From assembly GCF_002571385.2 (NCBI RefSeq), contig NW_019217831.1, positions 299,885 through 363,884 of the forward strand: DNA of 64,000 nt, written 5' to 3'. Of the stretch, positions 37,001-47,675 are shown one piece after another. Positions within the stretch are counted from its first letter, which is position 1. Every line of letters begins with the position of its first letter. The notes under the pieces are model-generated. The model did not search any database, was not told where the DNA came from, and was given only the letters and a program-made list of their open reading frames with translations. This DNA comes from Stylophora pistillata (lineage: Eukaryota). The position numbers and the translations under genes are program-made.

Positions 37001-40000
37001 GTTTAGAGGAGACGCGCGAGGAATAAGTGTCGTGTACAAGAAGATGGGCGAGAATGGAGTTTGTTGGAGAAGGTGACGCGCAGAGGTGGATATTCATGAG
37101 AAAGGACCCGCACAAAGGTCGAGACGCTTTTAGAAGAAGTCAAGTGTAAGAGGAGTTTGGCGCGCGAGGACGGTAACGCTCGAGGAAGGAGATGTGCGAG
37201 CATGTGCGTGCGTGAGAAAAGAGAAGCGCTAGGTAGAAGATAGAGTGCAGAATATTTCGCGCCCTTTTTCAGTTCTTTGAAATTGTATTCACCTCTGTAC
37301 CTTTTACGCACTGCACATAAAGAACTGTTTGTTTCTTGTTCTCAGACGATGAAAAAAAGAAGAAAAACAAGAGAAAAGTACGCTCCAACTCGCGAAGTGA
37401 TCCCATTGTTTGGAAAAAAGATATTGAAGATCATTATAACATTTACGCCGAGCTTGGAAGGTGAGTTGGAGATATCTTCAAACAGAAGCTCGGTGAATAA
37501 CGAGTTATTTCCAAGCTCTTGTTTTTCTCTCCTGCACTCTTGTGTCAATCCGTCATTTACATTTCACTTCCCAGTTCTTTAACGCCCTAATCAGCCGCAG
37601 AGTTTGGAATTATTTTCTTGCCTCTTCATGGAGCGGTCATAGCAATTTCATATAACGAAGAAATTCCCAATCGTTTGATAAGGGGGGGGGGGGGGTCGGG
37701 GTCGGATGATTTGGTTGTGTCGCAAAATTTTCCGGATTTTCCCCCCTCCCCTCCCCCTTGGGTGTTTCTGTGGTACTCTAATGATTTCCCCCATCACTGG
37801 CAGTCAACTTTCCATATTCTGATGAATGGGTTGCACCTTTTTCAGGGGCCGTTTTTCTGTTGTCAAGAAAAGCGTAGAAAAAGCAACAGGGCAGGAATAC
37901 GCCGCTAAACTGATCAAGAAACGAATGGTCGGCAAAGAGGAAGTAGAAGACGAGATTTATCTCCTTCGAAGACTCAAACATCCAAATTTAAGCGGATATA
38001 TCGACGCTTTTGATACGACAAAGAACTTTGTAGTAATTATTGAACTTCTTACTGGTGGTCGGTTATTCGATCATCTGGTCGTTATGGACAATTTGACGGA
38101 GAAAGTTGCTATAGGTCACGTGAGGGAAATACTCGAAGGAGTTCAACATCTTAGAGATCTTTCAATCGTGCACCTCGACTTGAAGGTGAGGCTATGACGT
38201 AAGAAGTGTCTCGCAAGTCGTGATCATTGCGTGACTTGTGTCCAACGAAGTATTGCTTCAGTGGTAATTTGCAATCTTTTTGTTTCTTCTCCACATTCTG
38301 ATATTCTTCTTTTATTCCCTTTAGCCGCAAAATCTTCTCCTTGATGGAGGGCCGTTACCTAAAGTAAAAATTATCGATTTTGGTTGTGCAACGGAGATAT
38401 CCGACTCAGAATCTGTAGTTAAACAAGTGTTTGGAAACCCTGAGTGTTCAGGTATGTGTCCATTTAGATCTGCACGTTTATGAAGAACATCAATTTCATG
38501 CAGTCGCTTAAAGATTTGATCCATCCTGGACAGCATAATGAACAGTACTACATGAAAATATTGAACAAATGGTAAACACCACATTGTACACTATTAAGTT
38601 AGGGACGCACTTGGGAGGTTGCTAAGCACGAAAGAAGCGTAAGAGTCGCGCGAGGCGATAGCCGAGAGTGACTCTAGCTTCTTGATTCATTTTAGCAAAA
38701 GAGTTTCCTTTTATTTGACACAGAAATCTTATGCGACCAAAAAAAACAATCGCGCCGAAACTAATCTTTGCCATTGCTCACGTCTGCAGCGTACACCCAA
38801 TCAGAACGCGCGCGTTACTTTAGTTATGCCATAATACTCAGTAGTTTTCATATGAGTGGTTACACACTAAGATCTGATCCGCAGACTCAAAAGTTAGAAG
38901 CAATTTGTACAGTGTAATTAGCAGTTTCGCATGATTTTAATGCTTTGTAGCTTGAACTCATTGGGATTAATCGACAGACTTAAAAATTAAAACCAATTTT
39001 GCAGTGTGATGAACAGAATCACTTGACAGTATTGCTCGGTAGCATTTATTTGAACTACCACAACACAGGTTTTTTTTTTCTCAGACTTATAATTTACAGC
39101 CCCTTTCATTCGCAAAATAGTGATTATATTTTCGTTCTTCAGCTCCAGAATTAGTTAACAGACAACCCGTAGACTTCACAACGGATGCATGGTACGTGTA
39201 AAGCTACAGACTTTTGCAGTCAACTTTTTGTTCTGAACTTTTCTGGGTCGTTTGTGTTGTTAACGAAAATATTTCTTTCCTTTGACCACAGGAGCATAGG
39301 AGTTATAACATACATTATGTAAGTATCACTGTAATTCATTATTATGAAAGTGTAAATAACTGAGCGCTAAACTAATATATAGGGCAGTAGGGTTGGGGTA
39401 ATCATAAACTATTTCTGTGGTCTGGTTTTCTTCTTTGCTCCGAGATTTTTTCTCAAGATAACTGCATTTTCGGTTTTTCTCCCTCGTCCAAAATCTTTTT
39501 TTTATTTATTTATTTATTTTTTGTTGTTGTTGTTGCTGCATCGGCGTTGCTGTTTTTGGTTAAGAAAACTCGCTATTCTCTCAACCAATCAACTTTCAGC
39601 AATCGTGATTTGGTCACACGCGTTTTCCCGCCATCCAGACAGTTTGCTTGAGTGTACCTTCAGTTCTCAGTAGTGCCTAGATCGAGAAGCGATTTTTAAC
39701 GCCTCACCCCGCAGAATGTTCACTGATAGCTTGTTTGGTTTGAAATGACACACTGAACGTGATTTTATCCCCCTGCTTTGCAGACTGAGCGGAGTTTCAC
39801 CGTTTCATGAAGAATCAGTGGAAGAAACGTGTCGTAACATCACAGAGGTTAAATACGAATTCAATCCGAAGCATTTTGAACCAATTTCTCAGCAAGGAAA
39901 GGATTTCATCTCCTCGTTGCTCGTTAAAAATCCGAAGTAAGTGAAAAAGCAGCATTCAGAGCTATTCTTTGAAATTTACTCCTTAATTTCACATATTAGT

Positions 40001-41457
40001 TCTCATTAAAATGGTATAGTAATGAAATGAACTGATGGCGCACGTCAGAAACCTCATCGGTAGGTCGGAAACTGTCGGAGAGACCGAAGTCTTCCGAAAC
40101 TGTCGCCGTTGATGTCCTTTCTCAAAATAAAAAGATTTGAGCGGCTTAAATTCTTAATGTGATTTTGATTTTGATCCTAGTTCCCTTTTGTTCCCATCCA
40201 TATTCTGAACCTTTTTGTTTTTTTTTTGTTTTGTTTTTTTTTTTTGCTTTATTCACGTTTAGAAAAAGAGCCGACTGTCAAAATTGTTTGAATTCTCAGT
40301 GGATTAAGGTAAGATAAAGTTTTCTTTGCCACAGTTGTTGAGATTATTTCACGCTCTTTGCATCTCCTTTCGCCAAATTTCTCACGTTTACCACTAGTTG
40401 TACGTGTTCCTGCGCATGGTACTGATTCCAGAAGGGTTGTTGATCCCTACTAGAATTCACTTATTACGCTCCCTTCCTCCTCCCCCCCCCCCCTGCGCGC
40501 GGTGTGAATTTTACCACGTTTACCACTGCCACCCGATTTTCATGAACCATTCAACAGTCAGAAACATTCGCCGCCTTTCCAAACACTTCTCGCTCTTCTC
40601 ACCTTTTGCAAATAGTTTCCAAGTTTTGTCATGCTTCGAAGTTTTTGCCTACATGCCTCGGGCTTCGTGTTTTTTTTTTCGTTTGTGCAGCAGATGTGCC
40701 TTCTTTATACACAGAATTTGTCAGATCTTTCGGCATTAAGTGTTTTTACGTTGCACTTCACAGATGATTAGTCCCAGGCCCCCTAGCCCAGTCAGACAGG
40801 TTAAACTCAACACCTCACGATTAGCGGCCTTCAACGCGAGGAGAAGAAATCAGGTAAAAGAACTCAGTATTACAGGAGAGATTGATTCGCTTCTCATTTC
40901 TCTTTACCGTTTTGGTTGAGAATGTATCACAGTTGTAAAGAGAAGATAGAGATTTATCGCCAATTGAAATAACCGAGTGGTGGAGTATGTTGAAAATTAA
41001 TGTTGCTGTTGGTTGTAACGTTTTTTTGTTCTAATATTTAACCCTTTGACTGGGCATCTACTTTCTCCTTATAATATCACCTCTGAATCCCACATTAAGG
41101 TCAGGAGAATAAAGGAACTGATCACCAACTAAAGAAGCTCTTGATTGTTCAACAAATTCTTCTTGTCGGCACCTTAGGAAATGTATCTCCAATTGTAAGG
41201 AGAATATGGACGCTAACAGGCTAATGCTCGCAATGTCCCTAAATTTCTTAGGAGCAATTGTTGAGTAGAGGGAAACATGTCAGCCAGATGGTTTTGGATT
41301 GCTATAACACTACTTTTTCTCAACTGTTTGCGAGGAATTGTACTATAGCTAATGGAGAGAATTGCTGTTTACATCTTCTTTGATTTTCTTTCCTCCTCAG
41401 CACGACCTAACGCCCTTACCTATGAGCAAAAACGTCAGGAACAGCACGACTGTATAG
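504..41457 (+). CDS. TRIO: Trio/Kalirin-family multidomain RhoGEF-kinase (5'-partial; Kalirin-12-like architecture), ~45 coding exons
   Basis: GT-AG exons join in consistent phase from spectrin repeats through DH1-PH1, SH3, DH2-PH2, SH3, Ig, FN3 and kinase to stop TAG at 41455-41457. Motifs include [74 protein letters not shown]. Likely a single ortholog of vertebrate TRIO/KALRN; the N-terminus lies upstream of the window. Confidence 0.96.
1560..1990. repeat. AGTG/AGTC-derived microsatellite grading into a 20-bp minisatellite
   Basis: (GAGT/CAGT)n at ~1570-1670; CTGTTGGTCAGTCTGTCTGA repeated 6-7 times at ~1851-1985. Confidence 0.9.
5974..6230 (+). CDS. Candidate alternative first exon (5'-extended form of exon 6088-6230) for a spectrin-less isoform
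   Basis: ATAATGG start at 5974 runs in frame, stop-free, into the internal exon ([18 protein letters not shown]..). Upstream DNA is CpG-rich with a YY1-like GCCGCCATCTTG at 5425-5436. Confidence 0.5.
6088..12188 (+). CDS. TRIO: Trio/Kalirin GEF1 module (DH1-PH1, Rac/RhoG-type) exons
   Basis: Exons 6088-6230, 7012-7078, 7841-7947, 8203-8272, 8527-8619, 8809-8901, 9271-9315, 10745-10822, 11111-11146, 11394-11540, [one exon missing], 12089 or 12101-12188. Motifs [56 protein letters not shown]. Confidence 0.93.
7140..7288. mobile_element. Small MITE with GCGGATCCAGG / CCTGGATCCGC ends
   Basis: 11-bp inverted termini around a ~150-bp GC-richer insert in an intron. Confidence 0.55.
11807..11810. 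other. Assembly gap (a second gap at 50738-50759)
   Basis: Runs of N. Confidence 0.99.
12275..12585 (-). mobile_element. 3' end of CR1/L2-type LINE
   Basis: Minus-strand peptide [33 protein letters not shown] resembles the RT C-terminal tail; followed by AT-rich 3' UTR and (TTA)n tail. Confidence 0.65.
13104..24034 (+). CDS. TRIO: Trio/Kalirin linker and first SH3 exons
   Basis: Exons 13104-13182, 13293-13356, 17828-18089 (SH3: [27 protein letters not shown]), 20293-20419, 22599-22788, 23649-24034 (very acidic E/D-rich linker); phases chain 1-2-0-1-2-0-2. Confidence 0.85.
13923..14301. mobile_element. MITE, PIF/Harbinger-like
   Basis: About 48-bp TIRs GGCCGTTTTCACACTAGAGGACGGACAA.. / ..TTGTCCGTCCTCTAGTGTGAAAACGGCC flanked by 3-bp ATT duplication (13920-13922, 14302-14304). 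Superfamily inferred from TSD size and TIR start. Confidence 0.85.
15322..15411 (+). CDS. Candidate alternative first exon (30 aa, phase 0) splicing to SH3-1 exon
   Basis: ATG..30 codons ([30 protein letters not shown]) ending AAG|GTAGAG; YY1-like CGCCATTTTG at 15291-15300; phase matches acceptor at 17828. Confidence 0.45.
16573..16623 (+). CDS. Candidate alternative first exon encoding MGCCSK.. myristoylation/palmitoylation signal
   Basis: ATG GGA TGT TGT AGT AAA.. 17 codons ending AAG|GTAAAC, phase 0, in frame with exon 17828. Upstream CpG cluster (16283-16340) and TATATA at 16324-16329. Confidence 0.55.
20785..20818 (-). ncRNA. Minimal hammerhead ribozyme, inverted-arm copy
   Basis: Exact reverse complement of 21827-21860. 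Confidence 0.78.
21827..21860 (+). ncRNA. Minimal type I hammerhead ribozyme (Penelope-associated)
   Basis: GCT-CTGACGA-A-GGGC-TAAC-GCTC-GAAA-C-GTC-AGC: core CUGANGA/GAAA, 4-bp helix II, loopless palindromic helix III, 3-bp helix I; predicted cleavage after C21857. Confidence 0.8.
22834..23041 (+). mobile_element. About 205-bp MITE family, multiple copies
   Basis: TTAACTCCCAGAAG..GGGAGTT..AGGGTTA. Homologous copies at ~932-1135, ~36249-36459, ~57769-58244 (inverted, interrupted), partial/diverged at ~41038-41220 and ~10225-10283. Confidence 0.8.
23089..23428. repeat. 122-bp tandem repeat, ~2.8 copies
   Basis: Units start AGAGCG at 23089, 23211, 23333. Confidence 0.9.
24169..27760 (+). CDS. 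TRIO: Trio/Kalirin GEF2 module (DH2-PH2, RhoA-type) exons plus C-terminal ALERPIEYQ extension
   Basis: Exons 24169-24235, 24331-24434, 24689-24758, 24875-24964, 25100-25243, 25509-25586, 25725-25760, 25913-26053, 26500-26677, 27715-27760. Motifs [39 protein letters not shown]. Confidence 0.93.
27836..34793 (+). CDS. TRIO: Trio/Kalirin second SH3, Ig and FN3 exons
   Basis: Exons 27836-27983, 28085-28192, 28479-28683 (SH3: [24 protein letters not shown]), 29060-29096, 29241-29282, 31818-31971, 32373-32397, 33437-33712 (I-set Ig: LQC..WTKN..DTGHYRC), 34494-34793 (FN3: [23 protein letters not shown]). Confidence 0.87.
30695..30763 (+). CDS. Candidate 69-nt symmetric (phase 2-2) cassette exon
   Basis: TTTTCAG| ..[22 protein letters not shown].. 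|GTGAGT, open and frame-preserving between exons 29241-29282 and 31818-31971. Confidence 0.5.
31169..31548 (+). mobile_element. Bipartite foldback element (about 180-bp hairpin plus short-TIR module)
   Basis: AAATGGTAAACACCACAGCGTAC..GTACGCTGTGGTGTTTACCATTT palindrome, then TTATAACATAAC..GTTATGTTATAA; AATTAGCA on both flanks; deleted second copy at ~38567-38834. Confidence 0.75.
35087..35100 (+). CDS. Candidate alternative terminal exon (EESS*) for kinase-less isoform
   Basis: Strong acceptor TTGCTTTTTACAG; phase-1 join to FN3 exon gives E-E-S-S-TAA; AATAAA at 35216-35221 and 35294-35299. Confidence 0.45.
37346..41457 (+). CDS. TRIO: Trio/Kalirin CAMK-group (DAPK/MLCK-like) Ser/Thr kinase exons and C-terminus
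   Basis: Exons 37346-37460 (..YAELGR), 37846-38185, 38325-38451, 39143-39191, 39292-39318, 39784-39936, 40263-40308, 40764-40853, 41401-41457. Catalytic motifs intact (AAK, EDEI, HLDLKPQN, DFG, APE). Candidate AATAAA at 42392-42397. Confidence 0.93.
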
Positions 41458-43188
41458 CATTTAGGTGAGGAACAATCGGAAACAAAAGAACACTTAACCA
41501 TCATTTAGAAAATGAAATTTCAGTAACTTTCTTGAACTCTATGCTTTTGTAGTCTGTTTCCGAAGAAAAGTTTTAATGTTTTTTTTTCTTTGTTTTTGCA
41601 GTTTCAAGAGTTTTTCTCACGGATAGAAAGTTAGCCCTCTGTTTCGTCACCTTTGTAAAAACGTTATCGAAGAAATTGTGCACATTTTCAAGTTGTACAG
41701 CTGTTATATATTTTGAGCGATCTTGTATCTAAAAGAAAAGGTTATTTTTTGATGAAAATTTATGAAACCTTTTTAAAACAATTTGTAAAGTGTAGATTTG
41801 CTCCCATTCGACTAGTAAGAGGTCGTTGGGGCTAGAAATGCGTAAAAAAAGACAAATTTATTACTTTGTATTAGATATCGGCAGCATGGTGGAGAAAAGA
41901 TTCTCTAAAATTGCTTTTTAAGGAGAACAATTCTCGTTTTCGTGGACAACCACTTCTTTGTGAACGTTTCAGTTCGATTTGCTTGTTTGATTTCGTGCAA
42001 CCTCGACATGAAAGGTTGTCATTCAGTTGCAGCCGCGTCGCGTGATGGATCGGTGCGTTGTGTAACATTGAATATTTTTTATTGGACAGTTGAGTATGTA
42101 AAGATGTCATCAATTTATTTTCTGTTATTCAACGCAAGTCCAAAATTGCCAGTTTGTTTTCAGCGGTTTTATCTTTTAGCTTTTGTAGTACTTCGCTGTT
42201 CCTCTTTTGTAAGTTTCCTTCACAAACCCCCAGAAAAAGAAGCATGCGTTGGATTATTTTTGTGCTTAATTCCCCTTCATTACTAGCAAAGATATTATTT
42301 CCAGCATTTGCCAAATTGCTGGCTTATTTATTAACTTAAATGACGAAGTTAATGACAGAAATTATGCATAGCATTCAGAAATTGTTTGAGAAATAAAACA
42401 TGAAGAATTGATTGAATTGGTGTGGTGATTTTACTCTCCTTACATGAGTTCACAAATGAGCCTTTAACTTCCAACTCTCTCCATTTCCATACAAAAAACT
42501 ACGCAGTTTTTCTCTTCAATTATTTCATTGTATTTAACGAAACCGAGTCTTTTTTGCTGCCTTTAGAGGTAACTTAGCGAACTTACAATTAATAAACATG
42601 TATGTTGATATAAAAGGACTTTTCCCACAAACATTGAACTTGCAAAGTGAGCCGCTAAATGCCTTTAGGATCTTTCGTGACAATTGTAACCTTTAAAAAA
42701 TGTTAGTTTTCTCTTAAAAGGTAAACTAAAATGTTTTGTTTTGATTTGTTGTCATGTTCATCTGTCAGTTCGATTTAACATATGTTTAAAACGTCATTGC
42801 GCAAGCTAAAAACTGTCTTGAATTATTGATAAAAAACATGCAAATTTCAATTTCTTGATTCGAAACGCCTTCATTTCGTGAGTTCGTGTTTATCAAGTAA
42901 AGCTGGTGATTAGTCCTGTTTGCCTGCACGCCGCTTAGTCCATTGCAAACGGATGTCCAACCTGTGTTCTTCACGTATTTCTCATGTTATCCGATTTCCG
43001 GGTCATGTTTTTGGTGACGTACAGTAAACCACTGATGATCTTTGTTAAGTTTCATTTTCGCACGTAAACTTCATTGGCTGATCTTCTTTTGCTTGAAATC
43101 TCCTTTGCGAAGTTTTTCACATCCGGTTCACGTTTGCAGCGAAGCGAACAAATCGTTTCTCTTTTATTTCCGTTCCATTTTCGTGTTT

Positions 43189-44313
43189 TCACACCGCATC
43201 TATCCCGTCAGACGATTTCGACACATTCTTGTTCATACGATTCGAGTGACTGTCCACTCCGTAAGACGCGGAATGTTTGAGAGTTTTCTCAGTTTGAGTC
43301 GAAGGGAAAATAACATAGGCAATTACCAAACATAGCAAAAAATCTAGCATGCGGCTCACTGTTTGGTAACCCCACCATGGCCAGTGATCGACAACACTCT
43401 CTCCTTCCGCGAAATCGTAGAGTTTGTACAACGAGAAAAGCGAATAAAGTTCTGCACCGACGTTTAGCAGCGCGAGAATCGAAACGAGGCCAGAAATTCG
43501 AGCGATTTTTTGCGCCCCTTTCGAGGGTTTGTTTTGATCGTTGTTAAAAGTTTTTGCCTGTTCGACTGTGATATTAGAGCTTGGGTTGAGCGAGGAAGTA
43601 GAGAGCGTCGAAGCGATTCGTTCCTTCGCCATTGTATTGTTGAAGAACTTGGCTGTGATTTGCGATTCCCAGTTCACTTTCCAACCACTGTACAAGAAGC
43701 ACACCGCCAGGATCAACCACCAGGAAATTAACACCGTTTGGCATAAAATTAGCAAACGGGCGAGCTTCGGTGCCAGTGTTATTACTAAATACACGATTAA
43801 CACTACCACAAAATGCGTCGCAATCACCGAAACCAGAAACTTGATATTTTGAAGACGACGTGAAATCAGTCGAAGTTTGTTTACCTCGAGGAAAGCGAAG
43901 TGTATCAAGGATAACGCTGATGTTAAGCAAGGATACCCAATGGCAAAGAGAATTCTGCTTAACAACACAGGAAGATCCAAGATCGTGTGCGATTCGTACG
44001 GGTCGAGGAACAGGTACAGTGTTCTTGAGACACAAAACGTCATTAACATCACACAAACGGCAAGAAAGTAATTTCCCAAAGTCATACCTTTGGCTCTGTG
44101 TTTGATTTTTACAACGCAAATACAAGAGAAAACAGCCACGCCGAAGAACAGCACTCCAAATCCGATGTAGTGAAGTTCCCATAGAGATTTCCAATCTTTC
44201 AGCGCAACATCCCAGTCGGGAAGAGGTTCAGGGTTTGGAGGAGCAGACATCCCTGGCCAGGGTTCCGCTCTAGCTTTTGCTTTCGTCGCTGTTTCAGGCT
44301 CTGCTGATGGCAT
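43189..44313 (-). CDS. Multi-pass (about 7 TM) membrane protein, PRRT3/PRRT4-like
   Basis: Uninterrupted ORF of 386 codons from TTG 44349; first ATG at 44313. Pro-rich lead PEPLPDW..WELHYIGFGVLF, then hydrophobic helices, LYLFLDPY, and WPWWGYQTVSRMLD before the last helix, recalled as PRRT3/4-family motifs. True 5' end uncertain. Confidence 0.8.
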   Translation of the reverse strand: MPSAEPETATKAKARAEPWPGMSAPPNPEPLPDWDVALKDWKSLWELHYIGFGVLFFGVAVFSCICVVKIKHRAKGMTLGNYFLAVCVMLMTFCVSRTLYLFLDPYESHTILDLPVLLSRILFAIGYPCLTSALSLIHFAFLEVNKLRLISRRLQNIKFLVSVIATHFVVVLIVYLVITLAPKLARLLILCQTVLISWWLILAVCFLYSGWKVNWESQITAKFFNNTMAKERIASTLSTSSLNPSSNITVEQAKTFNNDQNKPSKGAQKIARISGLVSILALLNVGAELYSLFSLYKLYDFAEGESVVDHWPWWGYQTVSRMLDFLLCLVIAYVIFPSTQTEKTLKHSASYGVDSHSNRMNKNVSKSSDGIDAV

Positions 44314-45699
44314 ATTATTGGGTTCTTGACCTCGTGGAATTCTATGCAAATTCTCAAACCTTATTTTAGAATCTAACGACCCACTTCACGTAACAATTAC
44401 AGTTCATCGATGAACGATGGCCGATTAAAACGACTCTCTCCTCCTCGATACTGTAAAGTAAGATCACTTTGTGTTTTTTTCAAGCCTTGAACAAAACTTT
44501 TGTGAATTTCTTCTCCTCCCAACCTACGTTTCAGTTATTCCCTTATTGTCTCGATCCGTTTCGTATCCTTTGTGATGCAAAACAGCTCAATTTGATTCAG
44601 CTGACTGGAACAGTGTGACGACTGGAGTCGTTTACAAATAACCTCTCGTTAATTTCTCTAACAATGACCTCAGCATTATTCAAATTCGCAAGTCAATATC
44701 ATTCCTATTTTGGTGTCAAGTGTCCCCTCTAAGAAGCGATTTGTCGCTTACGTATCTCCGTTTTTGTTTTCACAAACTTAGAATTTTCAACTTCAGGAAA
44801 AAGGCGTATATTTTTGACGTAATCACTCAAAGTTCTTTTGTTCTCGGCGTGCATCCCTAACATGGAAATTAACGTAAAATTTCCTGAGCGTTAACAGTTT
44901 TGGAAACAGCGGAGGATTAAAGCGGTATTAAACAGATTATCCACCTGATATAAGCAAATATTGATCTTTCCAGATAATCAAGTCTTTTTTCGCTAACTAT
45001 GGTAAAACGAACTTTCAATTTCTTTGAAACGAAAATAGCCGTGACTCAATCCTTCGCTTTGGCGTTCTAGAGTCGAAAGCCGGTACAACTGGTATCAATT
45101 TCCTGCTCAGAAAAACAAACTCTCCTCTCGGTAAACCTTTTACGATAAAAACTTGCCTTGAAAATTTAATTAATTTAGGATTATAAGCTGGGAAAATACT
45201 GAATGTGGTTTGAAAATCTCCAATTGTGGTTCGACGTGCTTAATTATGATGCGTGAGTTTCACGACAGAATTGCGTGTTCTTTGCCACAAGCATGGAGTC
45301 GATCTTGACAAAAGATAAAGAATTTTAATTTCCTTTTAAAAGTATTTTCCAGAATCCCAAGGAAGGTTACCAGACAATAGGCCTCATAGACGAACAAACA
45401 ATTGAATTTCGATATGAAAATCACTTAGTATATTTTTGTCGGAGTTTCATAAAATATTCATCTGAGTCGGCCCGATCGTTTCTGTTTACATTTCAATTCA
45501 GTTCCTGGTTACGGGGTTAGAAGGCGTACTTGTTCTTTTGCGTAACTGAGTTTCCTAAACCAAAAACGGTCGATTAAAGTTCCTTCTCTCAGATAGCTCC
45601 TTCCCCAAGCCAAAGCTCCAAAGTAAAAACAGGGCAAAAGAACAATAACATAATAGCAATATTTTGTAGTAGTTCTGCTATTTATTTGGGCAAGATGAT

Positions 45700-45732
<33 letters not shown>

Positions 45733-46101
45733 TTAATATTTATATAGCGCAAATTAACATGCGGATATGATCAAATGCGCATCACAACACTTTTCGGGGG
45801 ACTTTGGCCGGACTGCATCAGCAGTTTACAAACAATCGAAGGAAACTTATTGAAAGATGCCCCCTCCCCCCAATTCCCAGTAAACAGGCCAGACCACATC
45901 ACAGTAATCTCGTGAGTGGGTTCTTCAATGTCCCCTGCCTAACCAAATTAACTAATTAAGAGATGCAGGAGACGGGACCTACGGTTTATTCGTCCTTATC
46001 CGAGAAGACTAAAATGTCTATCTATTTCTTATTAAATAAAGGTAGCGCATTCTCCTCAGTTATTTTAAGACTCTAACCAGTTGAGCTAGCCGCGAGGCGG
46101 T
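45700..46101 (-). mobile_element. tRNA-derived SINE with LINE-like (TTA)n tail
   Basis: Minus strand: head TAGCTCAACTGGTTA, tail GCGCTATATAAAT..(TTA)n. Body shared with 11811-11910 and ~57890-57932. Confidence 0.6.
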
Positions 46102-47675
46102 ATTGCAGTAGAGTCATTTTTAAAAGCCTGTGTTGTTTTCCGTTTTACATAATGTTGGCTTCACAACTTCAGAAATACTTACTGTACACTAAAAATATCC
46201 TTTGTCTTTTGTTACACACGCAATGGTCACTATTTCAATTAAGGCCTTAATAATTCGAACTTAGGCTCTGATTGGTTTTGTAATCAGCCCCTCCTCTTTA
46301 ATGGTTCCCCTTTCTAATGAGCTTCCATATCAAAGGCCTTGAAATGAGTCATGCTTCGGGAATTATTATCCAAAGTCATTTTAATCAAATATCTTTTTGT
46401 TGATGACTTTACTCTTCGCTGCTAGTTAGATTTTTTTAGTCTCAAAAATTTTCACGCAAATGGAAAGTGTGGTAACAACTCTGATTGCCTCTCAATGGAG
46501 TTGAAATTCACTTTGAACTAGAACTGAACGTGCAAAAGACTCTCTTCTCAGCTCCGTCCAACTTAGATAGTCGTTTCGTTGCTATGGATCTATCTTCGAT
46601 AACAGCTTCGTAATGAAACTGAAATACGTAGAGGAATAAATGTTACCATTTGAAATAATATTTGCAAGTGTTTACTTGGGTCCATGAAGTAATACAAACC
46701 AAACGTCAAAAATGCTTCTTTGTAAATCCGGAAGGAAGCATCACTTTAAGTCTAGATTGCTGCTTTAATTTCGACGGCAATCCTGATATCGAACAACCAT
46801 GTTAGGGAAACTACAAATGTCTGTAAACACTGCAAGTTGCAATATTTAAAATGAGCGTAAATCATCTTGTAATGATATTAAGAGATACGATTTTCTAAGA
46901 ATAAAGAGGAACTTGAACCTAAACTCGTCTCTCAGAATTAAGTATTTGGGTCAAGCAGCAATTATTCAAAATGTTTCACTTAGCTTTCCAGAACCAGTTG
47001 CTTAATTTCCGATGTTTTCGAAACGTCGTTTTCATTCTAACTACTAATTAACTACTTAAGGGTTGGTATTGAATAAATGAACATTTTTGGAAAACATTTC
47101 CTCGAGATTGTGTTTTGTTTGTATATTTTTTTGCGTATCCAGGACGAAACACTTTCAAGATAGTCAGGTTATTGGATGAAATATCAGAAGATATTCTTGT
47201 GGTCCTACAGCTCACACGTGTTGAAAGCTAGGATCCGGCTGTTTTTATGACAGTATGAATTAGCCTGGAGTAATACAAAGAATAGATTTGTATTTTATTT
47301 CCAAAAATACGGTATCTAAACTGAGCAGTTTAGATACGGGTATTTTATTGAATCAAGACGCCTTGGAAACTCATTTACCCAATATGATGGTTTTGGTATT
47401 AACACTGTCGTTGTAAACGACCATGACTTCTCTGAGCACTTAAAATTAGAACTAGCCGTACTAAATATGTATTACGCCCTCGATTTAGTGGAAAATTTTA
47501 TTTTTCGTCAGTTTTTAGGGATTTTAGAGCAAACATCCTTATAATCAACTTCAAATTACCAACTTGTGTACGGCCAATCTGGTTTCTAGAGTCCTCGTTA
47601 CCCTGTTTCAGCGGCATACTTAAGAAAGCGAGAACTGAGATAGAATACGAATCAACTTAACGGCCTGCTCTCAGT

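Noticed and set aside
37007-37232. In-frame TGA (37097-37099) read as selenocysteine in an extended ORF
   Set aside because: No start or acceptor for the upstream part, no SECIS recognised, no homology.
43510-44194. Overlapping ORFs, including 206 aa on the - strand
   Set aside because: Alternative-frame and antisense shadows of the PRRT-like CDS.
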